DNA of 64,000 bases from Carcharhinus longimanus (GCA_030264375.1 JASCQW010000098.1:64568008-64632007); one strand, 5' to 3'; positions 12,023 through 24,690 are shown, numbered from the stretch's first letter. Numbers and translations: made by a program. Notes: generated by a model not told the origin, from the letters alone.

Positions 12023-12429
12023 GTATTTTAACTGGAATGTTTATGACATTATAACTAGAAATTACATCTTCCATACAAATAGATTTAATGGGTTTGCATT
12101 ACTTTAAATCATATTTGATTTAATGAGATGTAGGATTTTAAAAATATATTAATCATGTAGTTAAATTTTACTCTTCTACATATAGCAACTAATGGGAAAT
12201 CATTCTTTTCAAGTGAACTTTTATGAATTTTAAAATGTATAGTCAATAACATGTTGCTAATATGGTATTATAATATTCAACCCCAAGCTGTACTACTGGT
12301 TTAATATCTTCTCCATTACAAAGGCTGCCTAATTCTGCCTGTAAACACAGTCTGCCTTTTTATAGTTTAGCCCTTCAGCCACAAAATCTCATCTATGTCA
12401 TTTGTCATCCTCAGGCTAGAACATCTCAC

Positions 12430-13090
12430 TGCTATTTCTCTTCACAACTCTGTCCTATCTCTATTCCACTCCCTGCCCCCTCTCTTATCTATCTCCTCAT
12501 CTCTCAAGCTCTCTCTCATGCACTATCTCACTCCTGCATTCTCATGCACTCTTTCCATCATGCACTATCTCTCTCGTACACTCTCTTGTGAACTCTCTTG
12601 TGCATTCTCTCTCATGCACTCTCTCTTTCTGTCTTGAATTCTCTTTTCTCAAGCTCTAGTGCCCTCAAGCTCTCTTGCACTTACTTTTTTTCTTGCTCTC
12701 TTTCGCTCCCTCTCACTTTCTCTTTCCATTTCTCTTCATCTCTCTGTTGCTTACTCTCTCCTGCTGTCTCAGGTCCTCTCCATCTGTCTCCCGCCCTTTA
12801 CTGCTCTGTCTTGCACGCACTGCCTCACATTCTGTCTTGTGCTTTCTCTTGTGCATTCTTGACTTGTAGCACTCTTGAGCTCGCTCACAGCTGTTCTGTG
12901 ACACTCTGTCTCACTGACATTCTTTCACTCACTCTCACTGACATTCTGTCTCATTCACTATCACACACTTCCTCCCTGTCTCTCACACACGGTCTCACAC
13001 GCTCTCTCACTCTCTTATCCCCACCTCTCACTTTTTGTCTCATTCCTTCTCTCAATCTCTCACTTAAACCCTCTTTCACTCTCTCACTTT
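12430..13090 (+). repeat. About 660-bp pyrimidine-rich (CT/CTCA) low-complexity tract
   Basis: Degenerate (CT)n and (CTCA)n runs, strongly C/T-biased on the + strand. Confidence 0.9.
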
Positions 13091-14059
13091 AATGGACTTT
13101 TAGGGTATCCTGAGTCGCTATATAAATGCAAGCCACTTTGTTTGAATGGGTGGGTGGAATGAGCTTGATTGGGTGGGGGTGGGGTTTTAGGTACCAAAGG
13201 AAGTATTCCCCGTAAGCACAACTGAAAAATTCCCATGTAGGCGATATATAAATCAGCCCTGTTAAATTGCTGTGCATCCCTGACTGCACAAAACAATTTA
13301 TACCATTGTTTAAATAGCACTTAAAGAAATCAGCATTATTGGATGATTGCTGCCAGTGATGTACCCACTAGCAGTCCAGAGTCAATGAAGGACTGAGGCA
13401 GCAACTGAGTGAGGGCAGTGTGGGGAGGCTGACTGGGGATGGGGTGGAGCAGAGTATTATAAGAAAGAGCAAAGAGGTGTTTCTCAGCAGTCCCTGCCTT
13501 TCTGATGCTGATAGATACTGATTGCCTTTGTACAAGAGAGCCCACCCCTGGAGCCTGTAAGCACATCCAACAGGGTTTTACTTTTCGGGCTTCCCACATG
13601 GCGTTTGCCCAGCCCATTGCTGGTGAGATATCAATGATGGCTGAGTGGGGACCATTTAACAGCCTCAACTGGTGTTGGTGTGGGAAGGTTGTCCACAAAC
13701 CTTCATTTCCTGGATTTAATAGGGACAGAAGTGAAAATGTGGTGAGTCCCCACTCAGTACCGTCCAGAATGATTAAAACATTCCCCTATTGCTTCCAAAC
13801 TTGCCTCATGGCAAGGCAGTGAATTCTCCCAAAAGGCTGTGGGTGCTGGGACAATTGGAATTTTCAAGATTGATGTTGACGGATTTTTTTTTGTTGGGTA
13901 AGATATTCAGAGCAAAGATAGGTACATAGACTTTAGTCCAGATCTGAAATTTTGTACTTGAATGGCAGAAAAGACTCAAGGGGCTGAATTATCTGCTCCT
14001 GTTCCTATCACAGCTTTGTGTAAGTTAATGCTGACCTTACATTTGAATTTTTTTTTAAG

Positions 14060-14199
14060 GGCTTTCGTTCTGGTGATATGAAAGCATGGCGACAACATTG
14101 GAATCATCAGTTGTACAAAGCACTGGAACATCAGTATCAGATGGGCTTGGAGGCCTTGAATGAAAATCTTCCTGAAATTGTTGTGGAGCTCACATTCAA
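14060..14199 (+). CDS. DYNC2H1: DYNC2H1 exon (140 nt)
   Basis: tttaag|GGC...AA|gtaggt; GFRSGDMKAWRQHWNHQLYKALEHQYQMGLEALNENLPE. Confidence 0.94.
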
Positions 14200-15453
14200 G
14201 TAGGTTCTTGAAAATATATCTTACAATATATTGTTTAAAGCAATTTATTTTGGGTTTAACCTAGTTTATTGAATGTTGATGCTATTACGATTGCAATTAA
14301 TAATTGATGTAATAGTTCTGAATAACATGAAAATAAATTTGAACAATCTTTATGGCTCTATGACCAAAAACTTCTCTTATATCTTTGGATCAGTGACCTT
14401 GACAAGTATTTCAAATTGCAATTTTTTAATTTGTTGAGATGTTTCTGTGAGTGATAGATTAACAGAAGAAAAGATATTCTCTGAGCCATAGGTACCAGGT
14501 CAAACTGTGTTACTGCTGTGGAAAATAGTATGATATACTGTGACAGCTTCAGATTACCAGATAATTACATGTTATTCAGTATTTTTTGTACATTTTCTTT
14601 TAATCTGTGACTTTGCTGCTTGCAGATCCCACTGCTATTAATCTGAGGTTGCAGTCGCAAGAAAGCAAGTGTAACCTGATATTAAGTTTTGAATAATTAA
14701 CATTGAAAAAGTTGCTGTAGGTAATTTCTTTTTAAAGCAAAGGATTGTTACAGATTCTGAGTAAGATTTTTGTAATCAGTCTTGGGTAGTCTGTTTTATC
14801 CAGGAGCAGTTTTGGAACCATACATGAAGCTCTGAACCAGTCAGGGACTCTGCGTGATCCTGTTACTGGGTACCACTGGTAGCTTTAGTTAGTCCAGACA
14901 GGCTAAGTGCTCAGTTTCTGCATGTTGGCCATTGGCAAGGTCATGGATAACAGTCTGTGTAATCCATGTAGCTGCAGAATTGAGCCCTGACTGGATCCAA
15001 ACTCTAGACCAAAATTTGCAGAAAGCGTCACTCCGTGCCTCCGCACCCCTTCCCAACCAAATTCCTGTTCGTAAAACTGTCTCCATATGTGATAAAGTTT
15101 CCTACATACAACAGGGACTACAATTCAAAAACGCTTAATTGCTTCAAAGCATTTGGGACATCTTGAAGTTGTGCAAGGTGTTATGTAAAGGCTTCTTTTA
15201 CTTTCTCATTAATTTAATGGAAGTCATCTGCAAAATGCTGCTTAAACGTTTTATAACTTTAACATTTTTAGCACAGTTAGTAAAGGAATTGTTTAATTTG
15301 TTGAGCTGTATGTTGCCTGGCTCTGTGTACATCTGTCTGTACTTTTTGACTAGTGCTAAGTAAGGGAGTGGATGCATGTGAATTTGAAGTCTTGTTGGTT
15401 CTTGTGAGCTACATTGTGTGGAATAACCATTTCTATCTCTCTATATGGTGCAG

Positions 15454-15682
15454 ACAAGGAAGGCTGCAGTTTAAGCCTCCATTTGAAGAACTAAGAGCAA
15501 AATACTACAGAGAAATGAAGAGATTTATTTCTATTCCAAACCAGTTCAAGGGTGCGAGTGAACCAGGGGAAGATCCTATCTTTGTTGTCATGATAGAGAG
15601 AAATTCAAAAGGTTTTGTCACTGTTTTCAGTAAAGCAGAAGATCTGTTCAAACGCCTGGCAGCAGCATTGGACAAGTTTCAG
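15454..15682 (+). CDS. DYNC2H1: DYNC2H1 exon (229 nt)
   Basis: gtgcag|A...CAG|gtaaag; QGRLQFKPPFEELRAKYYREMKRFISIPNQFKG. Confidence 0.95.
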
Positions 15683-15899
15683 GTAAAGCAGTTTGCGAAG
15701 TCTTCTTCACCAACCTGATTTTGATTTCTAATTTGAGAAATACTGTTGTATGTTGTAGAATTACAGAATGATACACCAGAGAAGGGAACCATTTCATCCA
15801 TCATGCTTCTGCCAGCTCTTTAAAATAGCTATCCAATTGACCCTACTCCTCTGCTCTTACCCCATAACTCTGCAAATGTTTGCTTTCCTTGATGTCTAG

Positions 15900-16330
15900 G
15901 TAACTGAAGCTGTAATTGCCAGTAGTGGGCCAAAGGAAGTGAGAGATGCTTTGAAGGCCAGATTTGGAAGAATGCAGAATTTTCCTGGGACATTGCACAC
16001 ATAGGAAGGGACTAGGGATTTGAGCATGCAAATAAGACTTTTAAAATGGAATTGAACCATGCAAGCAAAAACAGGAGGCTCCAGTTTATAGAGAGTGGAA
16101 GATTGGAATCCAGAACAGAATTAGAATACTTAAGTCTGGAAAGAAGAAATGAATGTGTGAGGGTTTTAACAGCAGATGGGCTGGAGATGTTCAGTATTAC
16201 TGAGGTGGAAGTAGGCGGTCTTTGTGACAGAACAAAGAAGGAAGGGGCAGAGACAGCTGACTGGATGGTCTCAACACTATTGACAAAGAGTATATGAGCT
16301 CCTGGCACTTGGAATACAAGAGAATGACTT
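15900..16330 (-). mobile_element. L2 LINE RT C-terminal relic
   Basis: Minus ORF SAVKTLTHSFLLSRLKYSNSVL resembles the L2 motif AETLIHAFVTSRLDYSNALL. Confidence 0.65.
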
Positions 16331-16374
16331 GTAGGAAAGAGTTTGAATATTATTTACTTCTAATATTAAGTAAA

Positions 16375-16740
16375 GAATCTTGGCAGTGTGGAAGATCAGA
16401 AGGATCTTGGGGTTCGGGTTCATAGGATGCACAAATCAGCTTCACAGGTAGAGGATGTGGTTAAGAAGGCGTATGGTGTACTGGCCTTCATCAATCGAGG
16501 AATTGAGTTTAGGAGTCGGGANNNNNNNNNNNNNNNNNNNNNNNNNNNNNNNNNNNNNNNNNNNNNNNNNNNNNNNNNNNNNNNNNNNNATAGGGTCTTT
16601 TAAGAGACTTTTGGATAAGTACATGGAACTTAGTAAAATAGAGGGTTATAGGTAAGCCTAGTAGGTGGGGACATGTTCAGCGCAACTTGTGGGCTGAAGG
16701 GCCTGTTTGTGCTGTAGTTTTTCTGTGTTTTATGTTCTAA
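16375..16740 (+). mobile_element. CR1 LINE 3' portion spanning a gap
   Basis: KDLGVRVH...VVKKAYGVLAFINRGIEFRSR; tail GGGCTGAAGGGCCTGTTT...TATGTTCT. Confidence 0.9.
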
Positions 16741-17050
16741 TATCAAAAGTAATTGTTTCAAATCCATTCTGTTGAAATATAGTAAACCATCTCAAAATAT
16801 GAAATTGAAGTACTTATTTTTGTGTCATAGCCAGTTTATGATGATATTAGAATCCACCAGAGGATCTAATTCAAAGTAATCAAGTTTGTACATAAAAATA
16901 TTGATTGTTCTGAGTACTTTCTAGTTATTTCAGGTTGTCACAATTTCAATTGCTGTCCCCATTGAGAACAAATATAATGAATCAGTAGTTCACAATTAGT
17001 TCATTATCTATTAACATCTAATTAACAATGGTGTTCTTTTCTCTATAAAG

Positions 17051-17178
17051 GAATGGGTTGTGCTTGGCCAAGTGGATATTGAGGCATTAATTGAGGAACA
17101 TCTTCATACTGTACAAGACTGGGAGAAGAATTTCAAAGCTCTCAAAGGCAGAGGAAAGGATTCTGAAAGGCTTCCAAG
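17051..17178 (+). CDS. DYNC2H1: DYNC2H1 exon (128 nt)
   Basis: ataaag|GAA...AG|gttgaa; EWVVLGQVDIEALIEEHL...DWEKNFKALKGRGK. Confidence 0.92.
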
Positions 17179-17429
17179 GTTGAATTTAAATAGTTTACAA
17201 ATATATATATATATTTACAATAATAAACAGCATGACAAGGAAAAGACAAACTAACCAAGCCGTAAATAATCCTTTAAAGTGTTCTTTGGAACCTTTATTT
17301 GAATGCTTCTTAGGGTCATGTTTACTATTGAGAGAGTGGTCAATCTCATGGAGAGCCATATGTACCATCATGTTGAGTGGATGCAGTATTGGCATGCACA
17401 GTTTGTATCCGTTGCTGATTTAACAGAGA

Positions 17430-19270
17430 TGTATGTATTAGATGCCAAGTAGCCACCCAGCTGGTGGACCCTGCTGATTCTCATATGACCATGAAAGGAC
17501 ATGATGTTGAAGGATGCAGCCCTCATGGGGTAGCATCAACATCAGCTGTTCCTTTGGCCCCTCTGACTGAAGCAATGGAAAGTCTCTGCATCATGTGCAT
17601 TTTGGATATGCACCTTCCTTCTTGAGAAAGGTGAGTTTCTGAGCTATGGTTTTCAAAAAGAAGCAGCCGCTGGAGAATGTGCCTGAATTAATGTGGCTCC
17701 CTTCCATTCGAATCAATACTTTGAGGCCTCAGCTGGACCTTTGGTAGCTCTTGCCTCACTAGAACTGCTTGCTGCATATTTCTCCTTTTTCTTCCCCTCT
17801 TCAAGGTCCACACCTCTCTGGAGAGCCATGTTATGAAGAGTGTAGTGGACCACCACAATCTGAGAAACTTGAGAAAATGTACTGGAGTATGCCCCCTCAA
17901 ACAGGCAAGGCACCTAAACTGCATTTTCAGGAGTTCAATGGCCTGCTGTAGGTGACCTTTTTGCTGAGATGACATGATTGTTGTTCTTCTATGCCTCTGT
18001 AGAAGTGTTGTCTGCAGATATCAGAAGCCATTGCTTTAATGGATACCCTTGTCCTAGCAGCTATCGTGTAGCTGAGGACCTTTGCCAATTGCCTAAGAAT
18101 GAAGGCATCTTGACAGCTGCCAGGAAACTCTGCACGCAATGGCAGAACGTTCTTGAGGTTGCACACCAGCTAAAAAGTTCATGGAGTGGAATCCCTTCTT
18201 ATTTATAAAAGCCCCCAGCTGCTCAACCAGTTCCTTGATGACCCCCTGCACCTGAGGCAATAGAGGCAAATACCATAGCCTTCTTTGTATGTGTGGCCCC
18301 ATTAGTGGTGAACTCACTGTAATGCAATGTCCTTTCAAGAAGAACATTCATGATTTGTCTTATGTTGTTTTGACTGCCAATAATGAGAGCCTGTTAGGTC
18401 CACTGCTGCCCAGTGAAAGGACCCAGAAGCAAAGATATTTAGCCCATGTCACTTTAAAGGCTGTTGACAGGGCCTATTCACTCAATTGGTGAGGAATTAA
18501 GCGCATCCCCACGAGGATAAACATTCCTGATAAGCCTTGATTGATGCATCTTGTAGCTGTACTCATATGCTGTCATTTGCAGGAAGCTCATTCTTTGCCT
18601 ATGGTATACCCTATGGTGAGCATAACACCGTCATACCCTCTTTGTCCCTCATATTTCTCCCATGCCTCACAATCATTGGCTGTTGGAGTGGCTGCTCATC
18701 GTTGCTACTCAGTCCTATGGGATGGTCTTCCTTGCCATCAGATGCACCATAATGGCTGCCTGGATCCTCCTGATATCTCCCAATAAGCCCTGGTGTTTTG
18801 CTTCCCTCCTGATTTATGCAGTGTCTACAGATCAAAAAGTCTGGATCCTCTGCACACTCAGTGGCCATGTGTTCTACTGTATGACAAGCTCTCTGATCCT
18901 TCTCCATTTCATGGAACATTATTAAATGCATCTGCCTCCAACCCTGTCTCCCTGCTGCAATACTGTTGCCTCTTCATGTAGCTAATTGTGATCCAGTATA
19001 TTCCCAGTGATTCTCCTCCAAATAATTTTCTGCCCTTTGATGAGCTCTCAGTTGGCTCATTTACATACTCAATTAATGATCCATCTATTTTGGGTGGGTT
19101 TTCCACTACACAGCACCTAATGCCTCCACCAAGATTGCTTTGGGATGGAGCCACATGAGGAAGCCAACATATCATCCGCAGTTGCAACAGTGCTGGCATG
19201 CCTACCTCCAGTAGCATCTCTTCAACCCACAGTTTTGTCTTCAGGGCTACCTACAGTCATCCAGCCCTGG
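17430..19270 (-). mobile_element. PIF/Harbinger (HARBI1-like DDE) transposase relic 1
   Basis: Minus-strand fragments PQVQGVI...GAFINKKGFHSMN, FPGSCQDAFILRQ, KGYPLKQWLL, QAIELLKMQFRCL; first catalytic D(C/G)TH deleted; frameshifts. Confidence 0.8.
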
Positions 19271-19435
19271 GTCTTAGAAAAACATTAATGAATCCTATCT
19301 CATTCCCATTTGACACGGTGAGAATCACAGAGTTAAGAGTTTGTATAAATTGGATGACACCAAGATTATAATTTTCTTATGGCTTTTTCCCATTTGACTA
19401 AAATTGAAATTACAAAAGATTTTCAAATCTTGCAG

Positions 19436-19551
19436 TGTCATCAAAGTGGATTGTATTACAATTAATTGTAATCCGGTGAAGGCTGTGATTGATGACCTTA
19501 TTCAGATGCTATTTGATGCCTTGCTTCAATCATTAAGAAAGTCCATACAAG
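19436..19551 (+). CDS. DYNC2H1: DYNC2H1 exon (116 nt)
   Basis: ttgcag|T...CAAG|gtaagc; VIKVDCITINCNPVKAVIDDLIQMLFDALLQSLRKSIQ. Confidence 0.94.
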
Positions 19552-20085
19552 GTAAGCCATTCTCATCATGTGTGATGTACATAGTTTAGATTTAATCTGT
19601 GAATTATCTATTCATTCACGGGATGTGAGTGTCAATAGTAAGATCAGCATTGAATGTCCTTCAGAAGGTGGTGTTGAGCTGCTTTGTAGGGTGAGGCATA
19701 ATTGTTTGAAGCATTGTGAGTTGGACTCATTTTTGAACTATTATATATCTCAATTTTCTGAAGTAATAGATGTAAATCTGTATGTACCTAGGTGGTAGCA
19801 AAATGGTGCAGTGTAAAATTGAAAATATATCACTAGGACCACAAGTTTGAAGGACCATTTTCTTTTGGAATTTAATTTGTCTAAAACAATTAGTGACTGA
19901 GGCAAGTTGTGTTCATTGTGTAATGTAAAAATTAAAGTACTAACTTTGTAAATATCTATATTAATGTAGAATTAATGGTGCAGTCAATGTAGTAAATACA
20001 TAGTAAAACCAAATGTGATCAGTTCTGTCAAGATTTTTTATAACTTGCTCATTGATTTTGTTTCTCTTGTAACAATTTTATGCAG

Positions 20086-20213
20086 CAAATATCCACGAGA
20101 TTGATAGTTTTGTGAGTGATGCAATGGAGATATTATCAACTAGACCTGAGACAGTGGAAGAAATTGGGGAGGCAAATTCAAAACACACAGAGATCGCTTC
20201 AAAGAAACCGCAT
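20086..20213 (+). CDS. DYNC2H1: DYNC2H1 exon (128 nt)
   Basis: atgcag|CA...CAT|gtaaga; NIHEIDSFVSDAMEILSTRPETVEEIGEAN. Confidence 0.92.
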
Positions 20214-22920
20214 GTAAGAATAGTTAGCTGGATGCAAAGCATCCAATGATTAAACTTTTTAAACATTTATATACATTATATTTATTATTGACCACTGTTT
20301 TATTTGGATATCAATAGGATCTTTATTCAGAATGATGTATTAAAGAATATCTTGGAAAAATTAGTGTATGATATTACAGATTGAGAATTAACTAATTTCA
20401 TGTGAGAACTACCAATTCCCAACTTTTTCCACAAACTGTATTTTTAGTTGGGGGTGTTTTTTTTAGCAATTGTACAACATTTAAAAAAATTGTTTCTCAG
20501 TTTAATTGTTTCAGCCTAGAAATGAAATAAGATCAAACTATGTGACAGGTTAAGGTGAGAATGATTGAGCCAAAATTTCCTGTCAAAGGAACAGTGAAGC
20601 TAATGATATGCATTATTTATACATAAATATTGCAGCAACTTCAGGAAAGGGGCAGCTGTGTGGTTAAACTGAAATCTATAAAAGTTGTTTTGTGAATTGC
20701 ACCATTCTATCGGTAGCTTCATTGAAATGACACCTGTCTGTCTTACTAGTGAAATGCTTTGAAGTGCAGTCTTGTGTTTAGAATCTTCATGGCTTTAAAA
20801 GGACCTCTTCTCTCGGTCCGACCAAGGTGAATCTTCCAGTATCATTTTTAAATAAAGTCCCTTCAACTAACGTCTGAGCATAATTGAATGGTATTCCAGT
20901 TAAAGGGTACCTTCTGCTGATTCCTTGCTCTTTAACTCACTAGAATCATCATTTCTTCAAAACATGAAATGTTCTCACCAAGAATCAGCTTGGTAGTTTA
21001 CTCAAAAACACAGTTCTTTTCTTCTGCCTGGTATAACAGTGTCTGTTATGGGTCTCCTTCCCCAAGTCTTCGTGCCTGACTGTTTCTGAGAATCTGTGCA
21101 TGTGCACATATCCAGACCTCTACCTTTTTGTTAAGGTATTTAAACCTGTACCTTACTTTCTATAAGTTTTGAGTTGAATTTCTGTCTCCGTAACAAGCAA
21201 ATCACATGGGGTTGTCTCTGGGCAAATTTAGGAAGAAGCCACATGGGCCTGGCCATAAGCAGATTTCATAAGTGGACACATCCGTTCACCAAGTTATTCA
21301 ATTTCACCTTCAATTAAAGGAAACAGTTTAAAATATAACCATCTTATTAAGTCCAATGTTTGTAGCAGTAGGTATGACTATACTTGCCCACAGATAGCCA
21401 AATCTTATATTGTGTAAATGTATTTTTTGAACTGTTAGCAACCTTTTTGTGTCAACCTGACAGGCTGGGAAGGTTTTGAACAATGATTCTAGAGAGCTCC
21501 AGCCAAGAACGGGTGAGAGGCTGCTGCTCACAACACCGGTTCTTAGAGTGTGTTTTCACTATTTGATAGATAATTGGCAACTTCTTGGAAGTTACTTCAC
21601 CTGTCTTACTCTTCATTCATCTTCACCTGCACTTCTCTGCTACCAGTCATTATTATGGCCTGGTTGCAGCTTATGCACGCTACCTTGCACCACTTATGAG
21701 GAACAAAGGGTGCAGCAACAGCTACCTTCTCATTTAGAAGCCACACTGCTCAGCAGATCTCTGCCTCACCTGCAGGAAGAGAAAGTAGAGAGTTGTGAAT
21801 ATTAGAAATAGCTTGCATGGAAAGGATGGAAGTATTCTGATGTTATTACTGAACAGGACGATCTTTGAATAGAATCCTGGCTCAAAAGGCTGTTACACAT
21901 ACATTTGTTTTAGAAAACATGATGGAAAGGAATCACGGGACTGCTAATTAACAAAAGAAGAAAAATGATTAAACATGCAAAATTTGATTATCATTCGATA
22001 CTCCTTTATCCTTCCCCTCTTAGCTTCTGTATTTAGATGGCACCTGACTTTTGATTTACCTCTGAAGTCTGCTTTCCCATTTTAAATCTGGCTATTGCAT
22101 TTGTCTTTTTAACTCAGAATGCTTTATCTGCTTTTCCCTTGAATTTCCCTGACCAGCACCTCTTTAGTTTCTTGGTCTCTGTTCTCTTAACTTCAGTCTT
22201 CCTAAGACATTTTTTCTGTCCTCACTCCCACGTTGTCTGGACGGTATTGGTTCCTTGGGAAGTCTGCTCCTTTGCAGTTCTATTGTCCTGTCCAGCTTTC
22301 TTCAGGCAGAGTTGAGAGATGTTCACTCCCTGGAGTCTTCAACTACCAATGAATTAAGCAAAAAAAACCTCAAAAACCTTCCTACCTTAAAAGGCCCCCA
22401 GTTGCTAGGCAACAACTTCATGCTTCTACTGGCTTTTATTCACACTTTGTACTGTAACATCTCTATTAGTCAATTCCTTCCCCCACCGCCCTCCCGAACC
22501 ACTCTGCTGATTTCTATGTTACTTGTGTATGGCTCAGAGATTTTAACCTGTTCTTTAATTTATCTTTGAGCTTCTGGTGCTCTCCAATAAGACTCTGATC
22601 CTAATTCACTCTTGAACTTGAATTCATCCATTCCAAATTGCACTGCCTTCTCCCTCCTTGCGCTTTTTATTTCTCAATTCTTCAATCTGATTGTGAACAG
22701 GCAATTGTATATCTCTTTAATCACAGATTCCAGAGGCCTTGTTTTCTTTGCTGTGTTATCAACTCAGACCCAGCAACTTGCTAAAAAATTAAAAATCTAA
22801 ACACATAAGGACAATTCTAATGAATGGCATACACTGTTGGATACTTTGTCACAATGAATTATAGCCCAATGTTTCTATCCAGGTTTCTGTTAATAACCAA
22901 CAATTACTGCTGAATTGGTT

Positions 22921-23053
22921 AAAAGCAAATTACTGCGGATGCTGGAATATGAAACCAGAAGAAAAAATGCTGGAAAATCTTAGCAGGTCTGGCAGCATCT
23001 GCAAGGAGAGGAAAGAGCTGATGTTTCGAGTCTTGATGACCCCGACAAGGTCA
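22921..23053. mobile_element. Penelope-type short repeat (family of 8258-8470), truncated by gap
   Basis: AAAAGCAAATTACTGCGGATGCTGGAA...AGCAGGTCTGGCAGCATCTG matches 8260-8350. Confidence 0.6.
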
Positions 23054-23596
23054 NNNNNNNNNNNNNNNNNNNNNNNNNNNNNNNNNNNNNNNNNNNNNNN
23101 NNNNNNNNNNNNNNNNNNNNNNNNNNNNNNNNNNNNNNNNNNNNNNNNNNNNNNNNNNNNNNNNNNNNNNNNNNNNNNNNNNNNNNNNNNNNNNNNNNNN
23201 NNNNNNNNNNNNNNNNNNNNNNNNNNNNNNNNNNNNNNNNNNNNNNNNNNNNNNNNNNNNNNNNNNNNNNNNNNNNNNNNNNNNNNNNNNNNNNNNNNNN
23301 NNNNNNNNNNNNNNNNNNNNNNNNNNNNNNNNNNNNNNNNNNNNNNNNNNNNNNNNNNNNNNNNNNNNNNNNNNNNNNNNNNNNNNNNNNNNNNNNNNNN
23401 NNNNNNNNNNNNNNNNNNNNNNNNNNNNNNNNNNNNNNNNNNNNNNNNNNTTATTGAATGGTGGGGCAGGCTCGAAGGGCCAGATGGCCTACTCCTGCTC
23501 CTATTTCTTATGTTCTTATGTTCTTAAGAGTAATATTAGAATTGGTGTGTGATTCCTACAGCCATTTACTGGTTTTATTGTGTGTTACTTTTTTAG

Positions 23597-23802
23597 GTCG
23601 AAATTATGAAAGCAAATGTTGAGTCTCGTATAAATATGTACGTCCAAAAGCTGGAGAAGTTTGAAGCTCGTTGGAATCAGCTGAAGCCCAGTGATGATAT
23701 TGTTGACAGTGGAAATGGGGAAATCCTCAATAAATGTGTGGAATGTATAAAGGAGAAGAGAACTGAGTTTGATGAACTGGAGGCAATCAGAAAGAAGTTG
23801 AT
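23597..23802 (+). CDS. DYNC2H1: DYNC2H1 exon (206 nt)
   Basis: ttttag|GTC...AT|gtatgt; VEIMKANVESRINMYVQKLEKFEARWNQLKP. Confidence 0.93.
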
Positions 23803-23943
23803 GTATGTTTCTATTGATGGGGAAATAGCATTACAAAATACAATCCGTGCCACATGATGCTAAAATTTTTAACACTTTATGAAATACTCCTGAAGGTTGC
23901 AACAAGCATATCTGAGGAGTTATTATGAACAGCCTACAACGTA

Positions 23944-24125
23944 TAAGAAGTCTCACAACACCAGGTTAATGTCCAACAGGTTTCTTTGGTATCATGAGCT
24001 TTCAGAGCACTGCTCCTTCATCAGGTGAGTGACTCACCCAATGAACTTTTGGACTTTAACCTGGTGTTGTGAGACTTCATACTGTGCCAACCCCAGTCCA
24101 ATGCTGGCATCTCCATATCATGGCT
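23944..24125. mobile_element. Penelope-type short repeat, inverted pair; fragments also at 5806-5857 and 47350-47475
   Basis: AAGTCTCACAACACCAGGTTAATGTCCAA versus TTGGACTTTAACCTGGTGTTGTGAGACTT inverted arms. Confidence 0.75.
23992..24028 (-). ncRNA. Minimal type I hammerhead ribozyme motif
   Basis: Minus strand UCAC-CUGAUGA-A-GGAGC(AGU)GCUCU-GAA-AGCU-C-AUGA: intact core, 5-bp stem II, palindromic stem III. Confidence 0.7.
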
Positions 24126-24690
24126 ACTTGTGCCAAGAAATTCACTTTTCAATTGGATTTATAATTCTTATTCCACTGATTTTTTTTGTGATTTTTTTTC
24201 AGGGCTGGACATTTAGAAATGCATATTCTCAGCATTTCTTTGATGGACAAATGATTAGTCTGAACGTGCAAGATCTGTTCACACTGGCAGCTTGAGATAT
24301 AGACATATTGTGGGAGCTTTTTTGAAGTTTGGAGGTCTCTGTAGCATGCACCAAAATGATCCATAGCAAAAATGTTTGGGTACTCCTGGGGTAGAATACT
24401 CCTGGGGTGGATTCTGAGGCAGTGGGGGACTGTAAAATTGCAAGGATAGGATTCCCAAGAATCCTGTCCACCCACCTTGCCAAAGATGCAATTTCACAGT
24501 TGGGTGGGTGGGGTCTCAGTCGGGNNNNNNNNNNNNNNNNNNNNNNNNNNNNNNNNNNNNNNNNNNACTTAATCTTCTTGGTATGCATGGCTTAGTAGTG
24601 TACTAATTGGTAGCATTGATCCAATTTATGTACTGGAATAGCTGGCTAATTAAACATTCTAAAATAGCTTGTTATATGTAATTATTTCAG

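Noticed and set aside
12395-13092. Leu/Ser-rich ORFs
   Set aside because: Translation of CT low-complexity DNA.
21460-21520. W-E-G-F-E as a candidate for the missing exon (WDKFE)
   Set aside because: Followed immediately by stop codons and lacks the upstream KNRLLRTVAGGG.
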